DNA from: Dehalococcoidia bacterium
Lineage (GTDB): Bacteria > Chloroflexota > Dehalococcoidia > DSTF01 > WHTK01
Length of the DNA stretch: 64,000 nt
Direction: 5' to 3'
Assembly (NCBI GenBank): GCA_035714925.1
Contig: DASTLN010000126.1
Location: 5,106 to 69,105, forward strand
Numbering within the stretch: position 1 is the first letter of the stretch; each line of letters begins with the position of its first letter. Below the pieces are notes generated by a model. The model was given only the letters and a program-made list of their open reading frames with translations, had not been told where the DNA came from and did no database searches. The translations under genes and the position numbers were made by a program. Shown in pieces: positions 49,195 to 58,127 of this stretch.

Positions 49195-50295
49195 ATGAGA
49201 CTCGTGTCGTTCGAGGTCAGCACCGCGTTGGGACCTGTACGCCGCATCGGGGCTGTAATGGACGCGCAACTGGACGAGGTGGCGCGCATAATCGACCTCA
49301 GCGCGGGGTACTCGCAGCTCCTGCGCGAGGGCGGCGACCCGCGTGGCGGGGAGATCGCCGCCGCCGCGCTGCCGCCGGACATGCTCGCGTTCCTCGAAGG
49401 CGGCGCCCCGGCCATGGACCGCGCTCGCCAGGTCCTCGACTTCGCCGGCCAGCGCAAAGATGGGCAGAGCGATGGCGCTCAACTGATCTTTGCCCGCGGC
49501 GACGTCAAGCTACTGGCGCCGCTGCCGCGGCCGCGTACAATGCGCGACTTCTCCGAGTATGAGGAGCACATGTCGACTCGGACCGGAGCACAGCACAAGC
49601 AGCCCGGCTTCTATCACTTCGCATGCTGCTACAAGGGCAACCCGGACATGGTCTTTGGACCCGACGACCCGATTATCTGGCCCGACTACACGGAGAAGCT
49701 CGACCCGGAGCTCGAGCTGGCCTGCGTCGTCGGCAAGCGCGGAAAGAACCTGACGCCTGAAGAAGCCGGCGACTACATCGCCGGCTACCTTATTTTCTGT
49801 GACGGGTCGGCGCGCGACGTGATGGCCAAGGAGTATTTGGGCCCCTACAAAGCAAAGGACTTCGGGACCAACCTGGGGCCGTGTCTCGTGACCCCGGACG
49901 AGGTCGGCGACGAGCTGAACCTGCGCTGCTCGCTTAAGGTCAACGGCGAAACGTGGTACGAGGGCAACACCGGCTGGAGGCGCAACTATTCAATGCCCCA
50001 ACTCCTGGCCTACGCCTCGGACTCCGAAGAGATACAGCCGGGCGACGTCATATCCGCCGGCACGATCGGCCTCAGCTGCAGCGTCGACTCGGGCAAGTGG
50101 CCGCAACCGGGAGACGTGGTCGAGCAGTGGATCGAGAACATCGGGACGATGACGATGCGCTGCGAGCGGCAACCACGCGAGGTGTCCTATGTGCGCGACG
50201 GCCTGCCTGGCCTGCTGCCCTTGCCGCCCGGTGCGGAGGACTACCCGCAGAAGCTCAAGGACGGCAGCGTGGACCCGCTCGCTTCGCGGCGCTAG
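49195..50295 (+). CDS. FAH family protein
   Basis: ATG at 49195 after GGAAGGA. FAH blocks (ELELACVVGKRG..., FCDGSARD). Confidence 0.85.
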   Translation: MRLVSFEVSTALGPVRRIGAVMDAQLDEVARIIDLSAGYSQLLREGGDPRGGEIAAAALPPDMLAFLEGGAPAMDRARQVLDFAGQRKDGQSDGAQLIFARGDVKLLAPLPRPRTMRDFSEYEEHMSTRTGAQHKQPGFYHFACCYKGNPDMVFGPDDPIIWPDYTEKLDPELELACVVGKRGKNLTPEEAGDYIAGYLIFCDGSARDVMAKEYLGPYKAKDFGTNLGPCLVTPDEVGDELNLRCSLKVNGETWYEGNTGWRRNYSMPQLLAYASDSEEIQPGDVISAGTIGLSCSVDSGKWPQPGDVVEQWIENIGTMTMRCERQPREVSYVRDGLPGLLPLPPGAEDYPQKLKDGSVDPLASRR

Positions 50296-50314
50296 AGACT
50301 GGAGGAGAAGAACG

Positions 50315-50896
50315 ATGGGTGAGGAGCATTACAAGCTGCCGCCGCCGATGCCCAAAGACCCGGACTACGTGTATCCAGCACGCGCGGATCGCGTGTCCAA
50401 CGACGCGCCGCTAGAGTCGGCGCGCCCCGGTCGTGTCACGCCCCATGTGGTCGCCGAGGTCATCCTGCACGAGGGCCAGCTCAAGGAGGGGCGCGTCCAG
50501 GGGTTCACCATCCGCTGCGACGAGGGGCTGTATATTCCGGGCGCCACCGATACGGCGCCGTCACCGCTCGGCTACTTCACGACTGCGATCGGGTTTTGAA
50601 TGGGCACGCATATTGCGGGCGTCGCCCGCAGACAGAACCTGGACTTGAAGGTGAAGATAACCGTCGACGGCGAGTACTTCTCTGAGGGCTCAATCTTGCG
50701 CGGCGACCGTAAGGCCGGTGCCGAGTCGGTTCAAGTCAACGTGGCAGTCGAGGGGGAGCACCCACCAGACCTCATCGCCCGCATCGTCCGGGAGGCAGAG
50801 GCTGGATGCTTCACGATAAACGCTCTGCGCAATCCCTCACCAGTGACCGTCAGCGCGACACTGAACGGCTCGTCCGTTCAGGAGTCGGCGGTCTAG
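50315..50896 (+). CDS. OsmC/Ohr family peroxiredoxin with in-frame TGA at 50597-50599 at the peroxidatic Cys: putative selenoprotein
   Basis: Track ORFs 50189..50599 and 50600..50896 are contiguous and in-frame. ATG at 50315 after GGAGGAG. Read-through gives ...TAIGF-U-MGTHIAGVA... and a downstream AEAGCFTINAL (resolving Cys, OsmC CxxxNAL motif). GC hairpin about 15 nt after the TGA. Confidence 0.6.
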
Positions 50897-50915
50897 CTAC
50901 AGAAGACGAGGACTC

Positions 50916-51815
50916 ATGCCTGTAAGACCTGCGCCGAAGTGGCAGACCGGCCTGCAGGAGGTCGCGCCCAACACCTACGCCTACCTGCAGCACGACGGCA
51001 GCTGGGGGATCAGCAACGCCGGCTTTCTGGCCGGCGACGACGGCCTTCTCGTCATCGACGCCACGATGGTGGCCTCCATGGCGGAGGCGTTCATCAAGGA
51101 GATCCGGCGCGTCTCGGACAAGCCGTTTCGGCACTTGATCAACACGCATAGCCATCCCGACCACATCGGCGGTAACCGCCTTTTCACGGGAGCCGAAATC
51201 ATCAGCCATCGCATCTGCCGCGAGGAAATGGCGGGGACGTGGACCAGACCGCTCGCGGGCGAGCTGCCGCGAGGGCCGATGAGCCTCATGCCCCGGACGC
51301 CCGCGCTTGAGCGGATGTTCGAGATGGTGGCGAACGACCCCGACCGCTCCATCCCCTTACCGGACGTCACCTACGACGACAGTCTCACGCTGCATTACGG
51401 TGAGACGGAGGTTCAGCTTCTCTACTACGGTCCGGCTCACACCTTCGGCGACACGCTGGTCTACTTCCCGCAGTCGAAGGTCCTGTTCGCGGGGGACGTG
51501 GCGTTCTTCTATGCCATGCCCCTCGTGGCGGGCGAGGTCGGTGGCTGGCTCCATGTCATCGACCGCGTCAAGGAGCTGGACATCGAGCTTATCGTCCCCG
51601 GCCACGGGCCGGTTGGCGGAAAGCGGGAGCTGGAGGATGAGCGCGAGTACTTCGAATTCGTGATGGAGCAGTCGCGTAGGTGCTTCGAGCGTGGCCTGAC
51701 GCCTGAGGAGGCGGTCAAAGAAATAAACCTGGGGCCCTACGCCGAGTGGCCGGAGGCCGAGCGCTTCATCGCCAACGTCGCCGTGGCCTACCGAGAGTTG
51801 CGCGGCGAACTTTGA
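50916..51815 (+). CDS. MBL-fold metallo-hydrolase
   Basis: 299 aa. NTHSHPDHIGG motif. Confidence 0.8.
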   Translation: MPVRPAPKWQTGLQEVAPNTYAYLQHDGSWGISNAGFLAGDDGLLVIDATMVASMAEAFIKEIRRVSDKPFRHLINTHSHPDHIGGNRLFTGAEIISHRICREEMAGTWTRPLAGELPRGPMSLMPRTPALERMFEMVANDPDRSIPLPDVTYDDSLTLHYGETEVQLLYYGPAHTFGDTLVYFPQSKVLFAGDVAFFYAMPLVAGEVGGWLHVIDRVKELDIELIVPGHGPVGGKRELEDEREYFEFVMEQSRRCFERGLTPEEAVKEINLGPYAEWPEAERFIANVAVAYRELRGEL

Positions 51816-51853
51816 TCGGGGCCGATGTCACAACGAAGGTGGGACACTGAGCG

Positions 51854-52315
51854 ATGCCTGGTCCCTCGGTAAGACGCGTGATCACCGGACATAACGCAGG
51901 AGGGCTCGCGGTTGTTCAGACGGACGAGGTCGCCCGCGGGGCGCGGTTTACCCTGATCTGGACAACGGAGGGCTTTCCGGTGGATAACACGGATCCTCGC
52001 GATGGGGGCGAGCGAGAGGTTGGTATTACCATACCTGGAGGCACGGTGTTTCGCGTAGGCGAGATCGGGCCCGGCGCCAGGTCTCCAATGCACCGCACCA
52101 ACTCCGTCGACTACGGCATCGTCCTCGAAGGCGAGCTGGACATGGAGCTGGACGGCGGCGACCGTGTTCATCTCAAAGCGGGTGACGTGGTGGTCCAGCG
52201 TGGTACGAATCACGCCTGGATAAACGACAGCCACCAGCCTGCCAGGATGGCCTGGATCCTCCTCGACGCCGAGCCGGTCCGCATCGGCGACCGCGTCCTG
52301 GAACCGACGATGTGA
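51854..52315 (+). CDS. cupin domain protein
   Basis: 153 aa. Cupin motifs (RSPMHRTNSVDYGIVLEGEL..., GDVVVQRGTNHAW). Confidence 0.7.
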   Translation: MPGPSVRRVITGHNAGGLAVVQTDEVARGARFTLIWTTEGFPVDNTDPRDGGEREVGITIPGGTVFRVGEIGPGARSPMHRTNSVDYGIVLEGELDMELDGGDRVHLKAGDVVVQRGTNHAWINDSHQPARMAWILLDAEPVRIGDRVLEPTM

Positions 52316-52325
52316 GCCGCGTGAT

Positions 52326-53015
52326 ATGGACAAGGTATTCGACAGCCCGGCTGCAGCCATCCACGACGTCTTCGACGGCGCGACGATCATGTTCGGCGGC
52401 TTCGTGTCGGCCGGCAGCCCGACCAACCTCATCCTCGCCCTGTACGAGAAGGAGACGAAGGACCTCACCGGCATCGCCAACAATATCGGCCTCGGCGACA
52501 AGCTGGACGTCCTCTGCGAGAAGAAGCAGCTGCGCAAGATGATCGCATCATTCGCCATCCGCGCCTCGGCCAAGCGGCAGAGCCTGTTCGAGCAGCTCTA
52601 CGCCAAGGGCGAGGTCGAGTTGGAGCTGGTGCCGCAGGGTACGCTGGCCGAGCGCATCCGCGCGGGCGGCGCCGGCATACCGGCCTTCTACACGCCGACC
52701 GGGGTCGGCACTGTCGTCGCGGAAGGCAAGCGCGTCGAATGCTTCGACGGCCGCGAGTACATCCTGGAGCGCGCGCTGACCGCCGATTTCGCCTTCATCC
52801 GCGCCCACAAAGCCGACCACCACGGCAATCTTATATATAGAAGGGCATCACGAAATTTCAACGAGATCATGGCCACCGCCGCCCGCGTCACCATCGCCGA
52901 GGTCGAGGAGATCGTCGAGCCCGGCGAGCTCGATCCCGAGGCTATCGTCACACCCGCCGTTTACGTCGACCGCATCGTAAAGGCGCCTGCTTATGACGTC
53001 CGCTGGTTTAACTAG
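52326..53015 (+). CDS. 3-oxoacid CoA-transferase subunit A (PcaI/ScoA/AtoD family)
   Basis: 229 aa. Canonical subunit A N-terminus and blocks (GFVSAGSP, ELELVPQGTLAERIRAG). Confidence 0.9.
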   Translation: MDKVFDSPAAAIHDVFDGATIMFGGFVSAGSPTNLILALYEKETKDLTGIANNIGLGDKLDVLCEKKQLRKMIASFAIRASAKRQSLFEQLYAKGEVELELVPQGTLAERIRAGGAGIPAFYTPTGVGTVVAEGKRVECFDGREYILERALTADFAFIRAHKADHHGNLIYRRASRNFNEIMATAARVTIAEVEEIVEPGELDPEAIVTPAVYVDRIVKAPAYDVRWFN

Positions 53016-53658
53016 AGAGCTGATCGCGCTGCGCGTGGCGCGCGAGCTGCGCGACGGCATGGTCGTCAACCTCGGCATCGGCCTGCCCACTCTCGTTGCG
53101 AACTTCCTGCCGGAGGACGCAACCATTGTCCTGCACGCCGAAAACGGCATTCTCGGCTACGGCGGCATCGTCACGGACGAGGCCGAGTTCGATCAGGACC
53201 TGATCAACGCCGGCGGCCAGCCGGTGACGCTCGCCCCGGGCGCGTCGTTCTTCGACAGCGCGACGTCCTTCGCCATGATCCGCGGCGGTCACGTCGACGT
53301 CACCGTGCTGGGTGGGCTGCAGGTCTCGGCGCAGGGTGACCTGGCCAACTGGGCCGTGGCGGGCCGGGGCGGCGGCGCCATCGGCGGCGCTATGGACCTG
53401 GCGGCGGGCGCCAAGCGCGTCATCGTCGCCATGGAGCACACCACGCGTGACGGCGAGCCGCGCATCCTGGAGCAGTGCACCTATCCGCTGACCGCGCAGC
53501 GCTGCGTTGACCTCATTGTCACGAACCTTGCAGTCATCGAGGTAACCGGCCAGGGGCTGGCGCTTCGCGAGGTCGCGCCGGGCGTTAGCGCCGATGAAGT
53601 GCGGGCGGCGCCGGCAGCGCGGCTCATAATTGAAGACGTGAAGGTCGTGGACCTCTAA
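52993..53658 (+). CDS. 3-oxoacid CoA-transferase subunit B (PcaJ/ScoB/AtoA family)
   Basis: 221 aa. Subunit B blocks ([10 protein letters not shown], catalytic-Glu region AMEHTTRDG). 23-nt overlap with subunit A. Confidence 0.9.
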   Translation: MTSAGLTRELIALRVARELRDGMVVNLGIGLPTLVANFLPEDATIVLHAENGILGYGGIVTDEAEFDQDLINAGGQPVTLAPGASFFDSATSFAMIRGGHVDVTVLGGLQVSAQGDLANWAVAGRGGGAIGGAMDLAAGAKRVIVAMEHTTRDGEPRILEQCTYPLTAQRCVDLIVTNLAVIEVTGQGLALREVAPGVSADEVRAAPAARLIIEDVKVVDL

Positions 53659-53695
53659 CCGTGCAGGGCGCCTGAGCGGTGCAGGCGCCGGGAGA

Positions 53696-54877
53696 ATGGC
53701 AATGGATGAAGTAGTCGTAGTTAGCGGCGCCAGGACGGCCATCGGCCGTTTCCAGGGAGGCTTCGCCGAGACGCCGGCGTCGGATCTCGCCGCGGCCGTA
53801 ATCAAAGCTGCCGTCGAGCGAAGCGGTCTGCAGCCCGAGCAGGTCGACCAGGTTGTGCTGGGCTGCGTCGGCCAGGTGATGGAGGACGCTTACATCGCCC
53901 GTCACGCCGCCGTGAAGGCGGGTCTGCCGATCGAGGTGCCGGCCTACACGGTCAACCGTATCTGCGGTTCCGGCCTGGAGGCGATCAACACGGCCGCACG
54001 CTGGATCGAGTGCGGCGACGCCGAGGTTGTCGTCGCAGGCGGCGCCGAGAACATGACGCGGCTGCCGCACTACCTGCGCGCCGCCCGCTCTGGCTATCGC
54101 CTTGGCGACGGTAAGCTGGAGGACGGCATCCTGCACGTGCTGAGCGACCCCTTCAACCGCTACCACATGGGCGTCACGGCGGAGAACCTGGCGGCCGAGT
54201 TCGAGATATCGCGCGAGGTGCAGGACGAATATGCGCTGCGCAGCCAGCGACGCGCCTCCGCCGCCCTAGCCGCCGGCCGCTTCCAGGACGAAATCGTGCC
54301 GCTAGAGGTACACAACGGCCGCGAGACATTGGTCGTCGACCGCGACGAGCACCCCCGCGAGACCTCGACGGAGGCGCTGGCGAAGCTCTCGCCGGCGTTC
54401 AAAGAAGGCGGCAGCGTAACGGCCGGCAACGCCAGCGGCATCAACGACGGCGCCGCGGCGGTCATGCTCATGTCCGCTGCGAAGGCGGGCGAACTTGGCG
54501 TGGCGCCGAAGCTGCGCCTGGTCGCCAGGGCGGAGGCCGGGGTGCGGCCGGAGATCATGGGCTCAGGGCCGATCCCGGCCGTCGAGAAGGCGCTGGCCAA
54601 AGCCGGATTGACCGTCGACGATCTCGACGTTGTAGAGCTAAACGAGGCCTTCGGCGCGGTCGCTGCCGCCTGCAGCCTCGCGCTGGGACTCGATCCCGAA
54701 AAGGTGAACCCTAACGGTGGCGCGATTGCGCTGGGCCATCCCGTCGGCGCTTCCGGCGCAATCCTGGTCGTCAAGCTGATGTACGAGCTAGAGCGCCGCC
54801 AGGGCCGCCACGGCATGGTCACTCTTTGCATCGGCGGCGGGCAGGGCATCGCCACCATCTTCGAGCGCGTTAGTTGA
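53696..54877 (+). CDS. acetyl-CoA C-acyltransferase (thiolase; PcaF/FadA-like)
   Basis: 393 aa. Thiolase active-site regions ([38 protein letters not shown]). Confidence 0.9.
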   Translation: MAMDEVVVVSGARTAIGRFQGGFAETPASDLAAAVIKAAVERSGLQPEQVDQVVLGCVGQVMEDAYIARHAAVKAGLPIEVPAYTVNRICGSGLEAINTAARWIECGDAEVVVAGGAENMTRLPHYLRAARSGYRLGDGKLEDGILHVLSDPFNRYHMGVTAENLAAEFEISREVQDEYALRSQRRASAALAAGRFQDEIVPLEVHNGRETLVVDRDEHPRETSTEALAKLSPAFKEGGSVTAGNASGINDGAAAVMLMSAAKAGELGVAPKLRLVARAEAGVRPEIMGSGPIPAVEKALAKAGLTVDDLDVVELNEAFGAVAAACSLALGLDPEKVNPNGGAIALGHPVGASGAILVVKLMYELERRQGRHGMVTLCIGGGQGIATIFERVS

Positions 54878-54887
54878 GGAGAGAGCG

Positions 54888-55916
54888 GTGAGAGTAGTCG
54901 TTTACGGGCCGGAGCGCAGGGTTGGCATTCTGGAAGGCGATAGCGTGGTCGACGCCGAGCGCGCCTACGCCAAGCTGGCGCACGAAGTCCAGGACCACCC
55001 CGCGCCGTACAGGGCGGCCACCGCGACCGCGCCGGCGGACCTCGAGGCCTTCATCCAGCTCGGCGACAGGGCGATTGATGCCGCACACGAGGCCGTCGAG
55101 TATCTAGGGAAGCGCCGCGCGGATCAGTCTGGGCCTAGAGGCGAGCCGGTCGTCTTCCCACTTTCGGAAGCGAGGCTGCGCGCGCCGCTGGCCCACCGCG
55201 GCGTCAAGCTATGTATGGCCGGGGCGAACTACGCCGACCACCTCTTCGACATGATGCGGGCGCAGGACCCCAGCGTGACCATGGCGCAGGTCAAGGAAAG
55301 GTCGCGCGAGCGCGGCATCGGCGGGTTCTGGAAGCACCCGTCGTTCGTTGCGGACCCCGAGGCCGACATCGTCTATCCCGCAAAGACCCGCTACCTCGAC
55401 TACGAGGGCGAGGTAGCCATCGTAGTCGGGAAAGCGGCAAAGGACGCGAGTGCAGGCGACCTGCTGGACTACATCTGGGGCTACACGCTGCAGAACGACT
55501 GGAGTGCCCGCGATCAACGCGACAACGCCGTGGGCACGCTTTCCTTTGCCGGCATGAAGAACTGGGACGGCTCATCGTCGATTGGGCCGTGCATCGTCGT
55601 TGGCGAGATCAAGGACCCGCAGGACATCGACTTTCAGACCACCGTCAACGGCGAGCTGCGCCAGAACGGCAACACCAGCGGGATGACCTTCAGCTTCGCG
55701 GAGTACCTGGAGTACGCGACCCGGGATGTCACATTCACCGCCGGAGACATGATCGCCGCCGGCACCTGCAAGGGCACGGCGATGGACTCGACGCCTCGTA
55801 TCGAAGGCGGCGGTTTCGAGAACGACAAGCTGTTCTTGAACGCGGGCGACGTGGTCGAGGTGTCGTCGCCGCAGATCGGCGCGCTGCGCAACCGGGTGGT
55901 GGCGAAGAAGGCTTAG
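54888..55916 (+). CDS. FAH family protein (third paralog)
   Basis: GTG start after GAGGAGAGAG. FAH blocks (YEGEVAIVVGKAAKD, YTLQNDWSARD). Confidence 0.85.
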   Translation: MRVVVYGPERRVGILEGDSVVDAERAYAKLAHEVQDHPAPYRAATATAPADLEAFIQLGDRAIDAAHEAVEYLGKRRADQSGPRGEPVVFPLSEARLRAPLAHRGVKLCMAGANYADHLFDMMRAQDPSVTMAQVKERSRERGIGGFWKHPSFVADPEADIVYPAKTRYLDYEGEVAIVVGKAAKDASAGDLLDYIWGYTLQNDWSARDQRDNAVGTLSFAGMKNWDGSSSIGPCIVVGEIKDPQDIDFQTTVNGELRQNGNTSGMTFSFAEYLEYATRDVTFTAGDMIAAGTCKGTAMDSTPRIEGGGFENDKLFLNAGDVVEVSSPQIGALRNRVVAKKA

Positions 55917-56627
55917 CTCAGCTTCGAATCGAAGGAAACGGGCAACTTCCCTGGCCGCAAACACGACCATGCGCGACCGCACACTGTTCCTAGACCCAAC
56001 GAAGGCGCCGCTGAACGGGGAGGCCTGGTGCGGGGCCGCGTAAGACCGCCGGACTCTGGATCGCTACTCCCTTCAATTTGTATAAGAAATGTGTAAGAGC
56101 TGGAGGACCCTGGGGACTTAGCGTCTTCCAATAGGGAGGCGGTTACGCCGGCGCAGCGCCTTTGTGTGCGGGAGACAAGAGACTCACCTGTGGCTAAGAA
56201 ACAAAAGGCGATGCTTCGCGCACAATGATGCGCACGCGCGCACGTCCTAGGCGATCTTAGATTAGTCACCGGAGGAGACGCGAGTAAGCCTCAGGTCGCG
56301 TGAGCCAGTACGCGTCGACGACATCGCCCGATCTCTGGGCGATGGAGGACACCGACTGGCCGCGGGGGCGATTATTGAAGGTGGCCTCAAAGAGGTTGTT
56401 TCTGCGGTTCTGGGGCGTGTTAGCACTTACCTCCGAGGGCGCGAGCAAGCAGTCCGACCGATGGATGAGTCAAACCGATAGATGAGTCAACCAGTACCAC
56501 CGCTCGAAAGGCGGCGTAACTGTCTCGCCGCTGACCTTCGCAACGATTTACTCAGACCCAATCGAAACAGTCGAACCGGACTTCAGGAGCAGCTCGCTTA
56601 TATCTGCCGGCAGGAGCCATTCAGGGT

Positions 56628-56940
56628 GCGTGAACAGCACGTGACGTCTGCGTGCGGTCAGCGCGATGGAAAGCAGCAGAACGGTTGGGGAAAGCAGCAG
56701 AACGGTTTGGGGGCGCTCTCCGCTCTGTCAGGCGATCCTGCGTAAACGAAAGCGTGCCGATTTCGAATCTCGGGCGCCCCTCAACCCGGCCGGGATGACC
56801 GACGGATTAAAAGGTAGCTAGATACGTCGCCTTAGTCCGTCGGTCCATTTTGAACCTTAATCGACCGGGCCACCCGCCGGGACCTTTCGACATGAGTCCG
56901 GTGGTCTATTTCAGCCGCCGTTCATGAGTTTACCTATGTT
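56628..56940 (+). repeat. non-coding interspersed repeat copy R-c (direct orientation relative to R-b)
   Basis: Aligns to the flanks of 24430-24960. Begins with tandem GAAAGCAGCAGAACGGTT x2. Contains a 10-bp perfect inverted repeat GACCGACGGA...TCCGTCGGTC. Confidence 0.7.
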
Positions 56941-57252
56941 GGCGAGCGTTCGCACACTCTCGATCAAACCGGATATCCCTTGTGCCCTTGAAACCTTTTG
57001 AGGCACGCGATCTCGCCGCAATGAAGGTTAAGGTTCATGATTTTGGTGGCGAGGACCCAGCCAATGTTTTCGTGCCAAAACCCATCTGCGACAGGTCCAC
57101 CGCAGTCGCCGCGGCGTCACTCACGAGGCCAAGGTTCAATTGCGTCCGATCGCCTGGCTGCGTTAGCCGCGTGAGCCTTGGTGACGCTGATCACATAGCC
57201 CCGCAGACCGAGGCTCGATACTGTTCAATGATCTTGCAAACTCCGGAGCGCG

Positions 57253-57732
57253 ATGGGCTTGAACATCTGGATCATTCCGCTGCAATTGAAAACCGCCGAG
57301 GTCTACCTCCACGCCGGCCGGGATGAAGTCTTCGCGCGGCTGACCGGGTTCAGAGAGAACAGGCTCCCCAACGCCTGGCCGCGCGTGCTCGAAGCGGACG
57401 AGTCTGGTTCGTCGCTGCTAGTTGAGTTCCGCACGCCCGTTACCGGGCTGCTCGGCCGCCGCAAGTTGCATCGCACGGTGGAGCGCGTGACGATCGACGA
57501 GGCGGCAGAGGTCCGCTTCGAGGGAGTCGAAGGGCCGCTCGACCTCCTGCACGACCGTTTCTCTACCGAGCCATTCGAGGGCGGCACGCTCGTACGCTAC
57601 GAGAGCACGATCGGCCTGCGGGGCTCCGTCTTCGGCTGGCTGCTGTGTCTGCTCTACGTCCGGCCGGTGATGCAGCGATTCATGGTGCAGCACCTGACGC
57701 AACTAAAGCAGGCCGTGGAGGCAGCGGCGTGA
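57253..57732 (+). CDS. SRPBCC (polyketide cyclase/START-like) domain protein
   Basis: 159 aa. SRPBCC-like pattern. Weak assignment. Confidence 0.55.
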   Translation: MGLNIWIIPLQLKTAEVYLHAGRDEVFARLTGFRENRLPNAWPRVLEADESGSSLLVEFRTPVTGLLGRRKLHRTVERVTIDEAAEVRFEGVEGPLDLLHDRFSTEPFEGGTLVRYESTIGLRGSVFGWLLCLLYVRPVMQRFMVQHLTQLKQAVEAAA

Positions 57733-58127
57733 ACCTGCCGTCGCGACCGAAGCCCCGCCGATCTCCAGAGCCGAGGCTGGTGCCACGGCGAAGGGTCGTG
57801 ATTCCGGAGGTGTCGCCCGACGGCGCAGCCCCGGCGCGAAACGATAGAGCGAGAGAGCGGGCCGCGTCGTTGGTGGCCGGTAGGCTTCGCTGTGTCGCCC
57901 CGGAGCAGTTCCTGATGTGGGTCGATTCCGTTTCGCCCAAGGCCACGACAGCGGAGAGCCTTCTGGCTTCGTTCTGCAAGGACTGCCTGCTTGCTTTCAA
58001 ACGGCAGATGAGGAGCGAGGAACGCTGCATCCAGCATCTGAGCTGGCGAGAGGAGGGCCGGGTAGCCCTGCCGAGTCCGAGGCGCAGCTATCGCAAGCGG
58101 TAAAGGTCACTGGGTGGCGGCGTGCGA

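Noticed and set aside
56460-56720. Tandem repeats (GATGAGTCAAACC x2; GAAAGCAGCAGAACGGTT x2) as a possible CRISPR array
   Set aside because: Only two units each, no uniform spacers, and no cas genes. They are simple tandem duplications within the repeat element.
56982-57326. 114-aa ORF in the long intergenic region
   Set aside because: Overlaps the better-supported SRPBCC gene start. Poor composition and no RBS.
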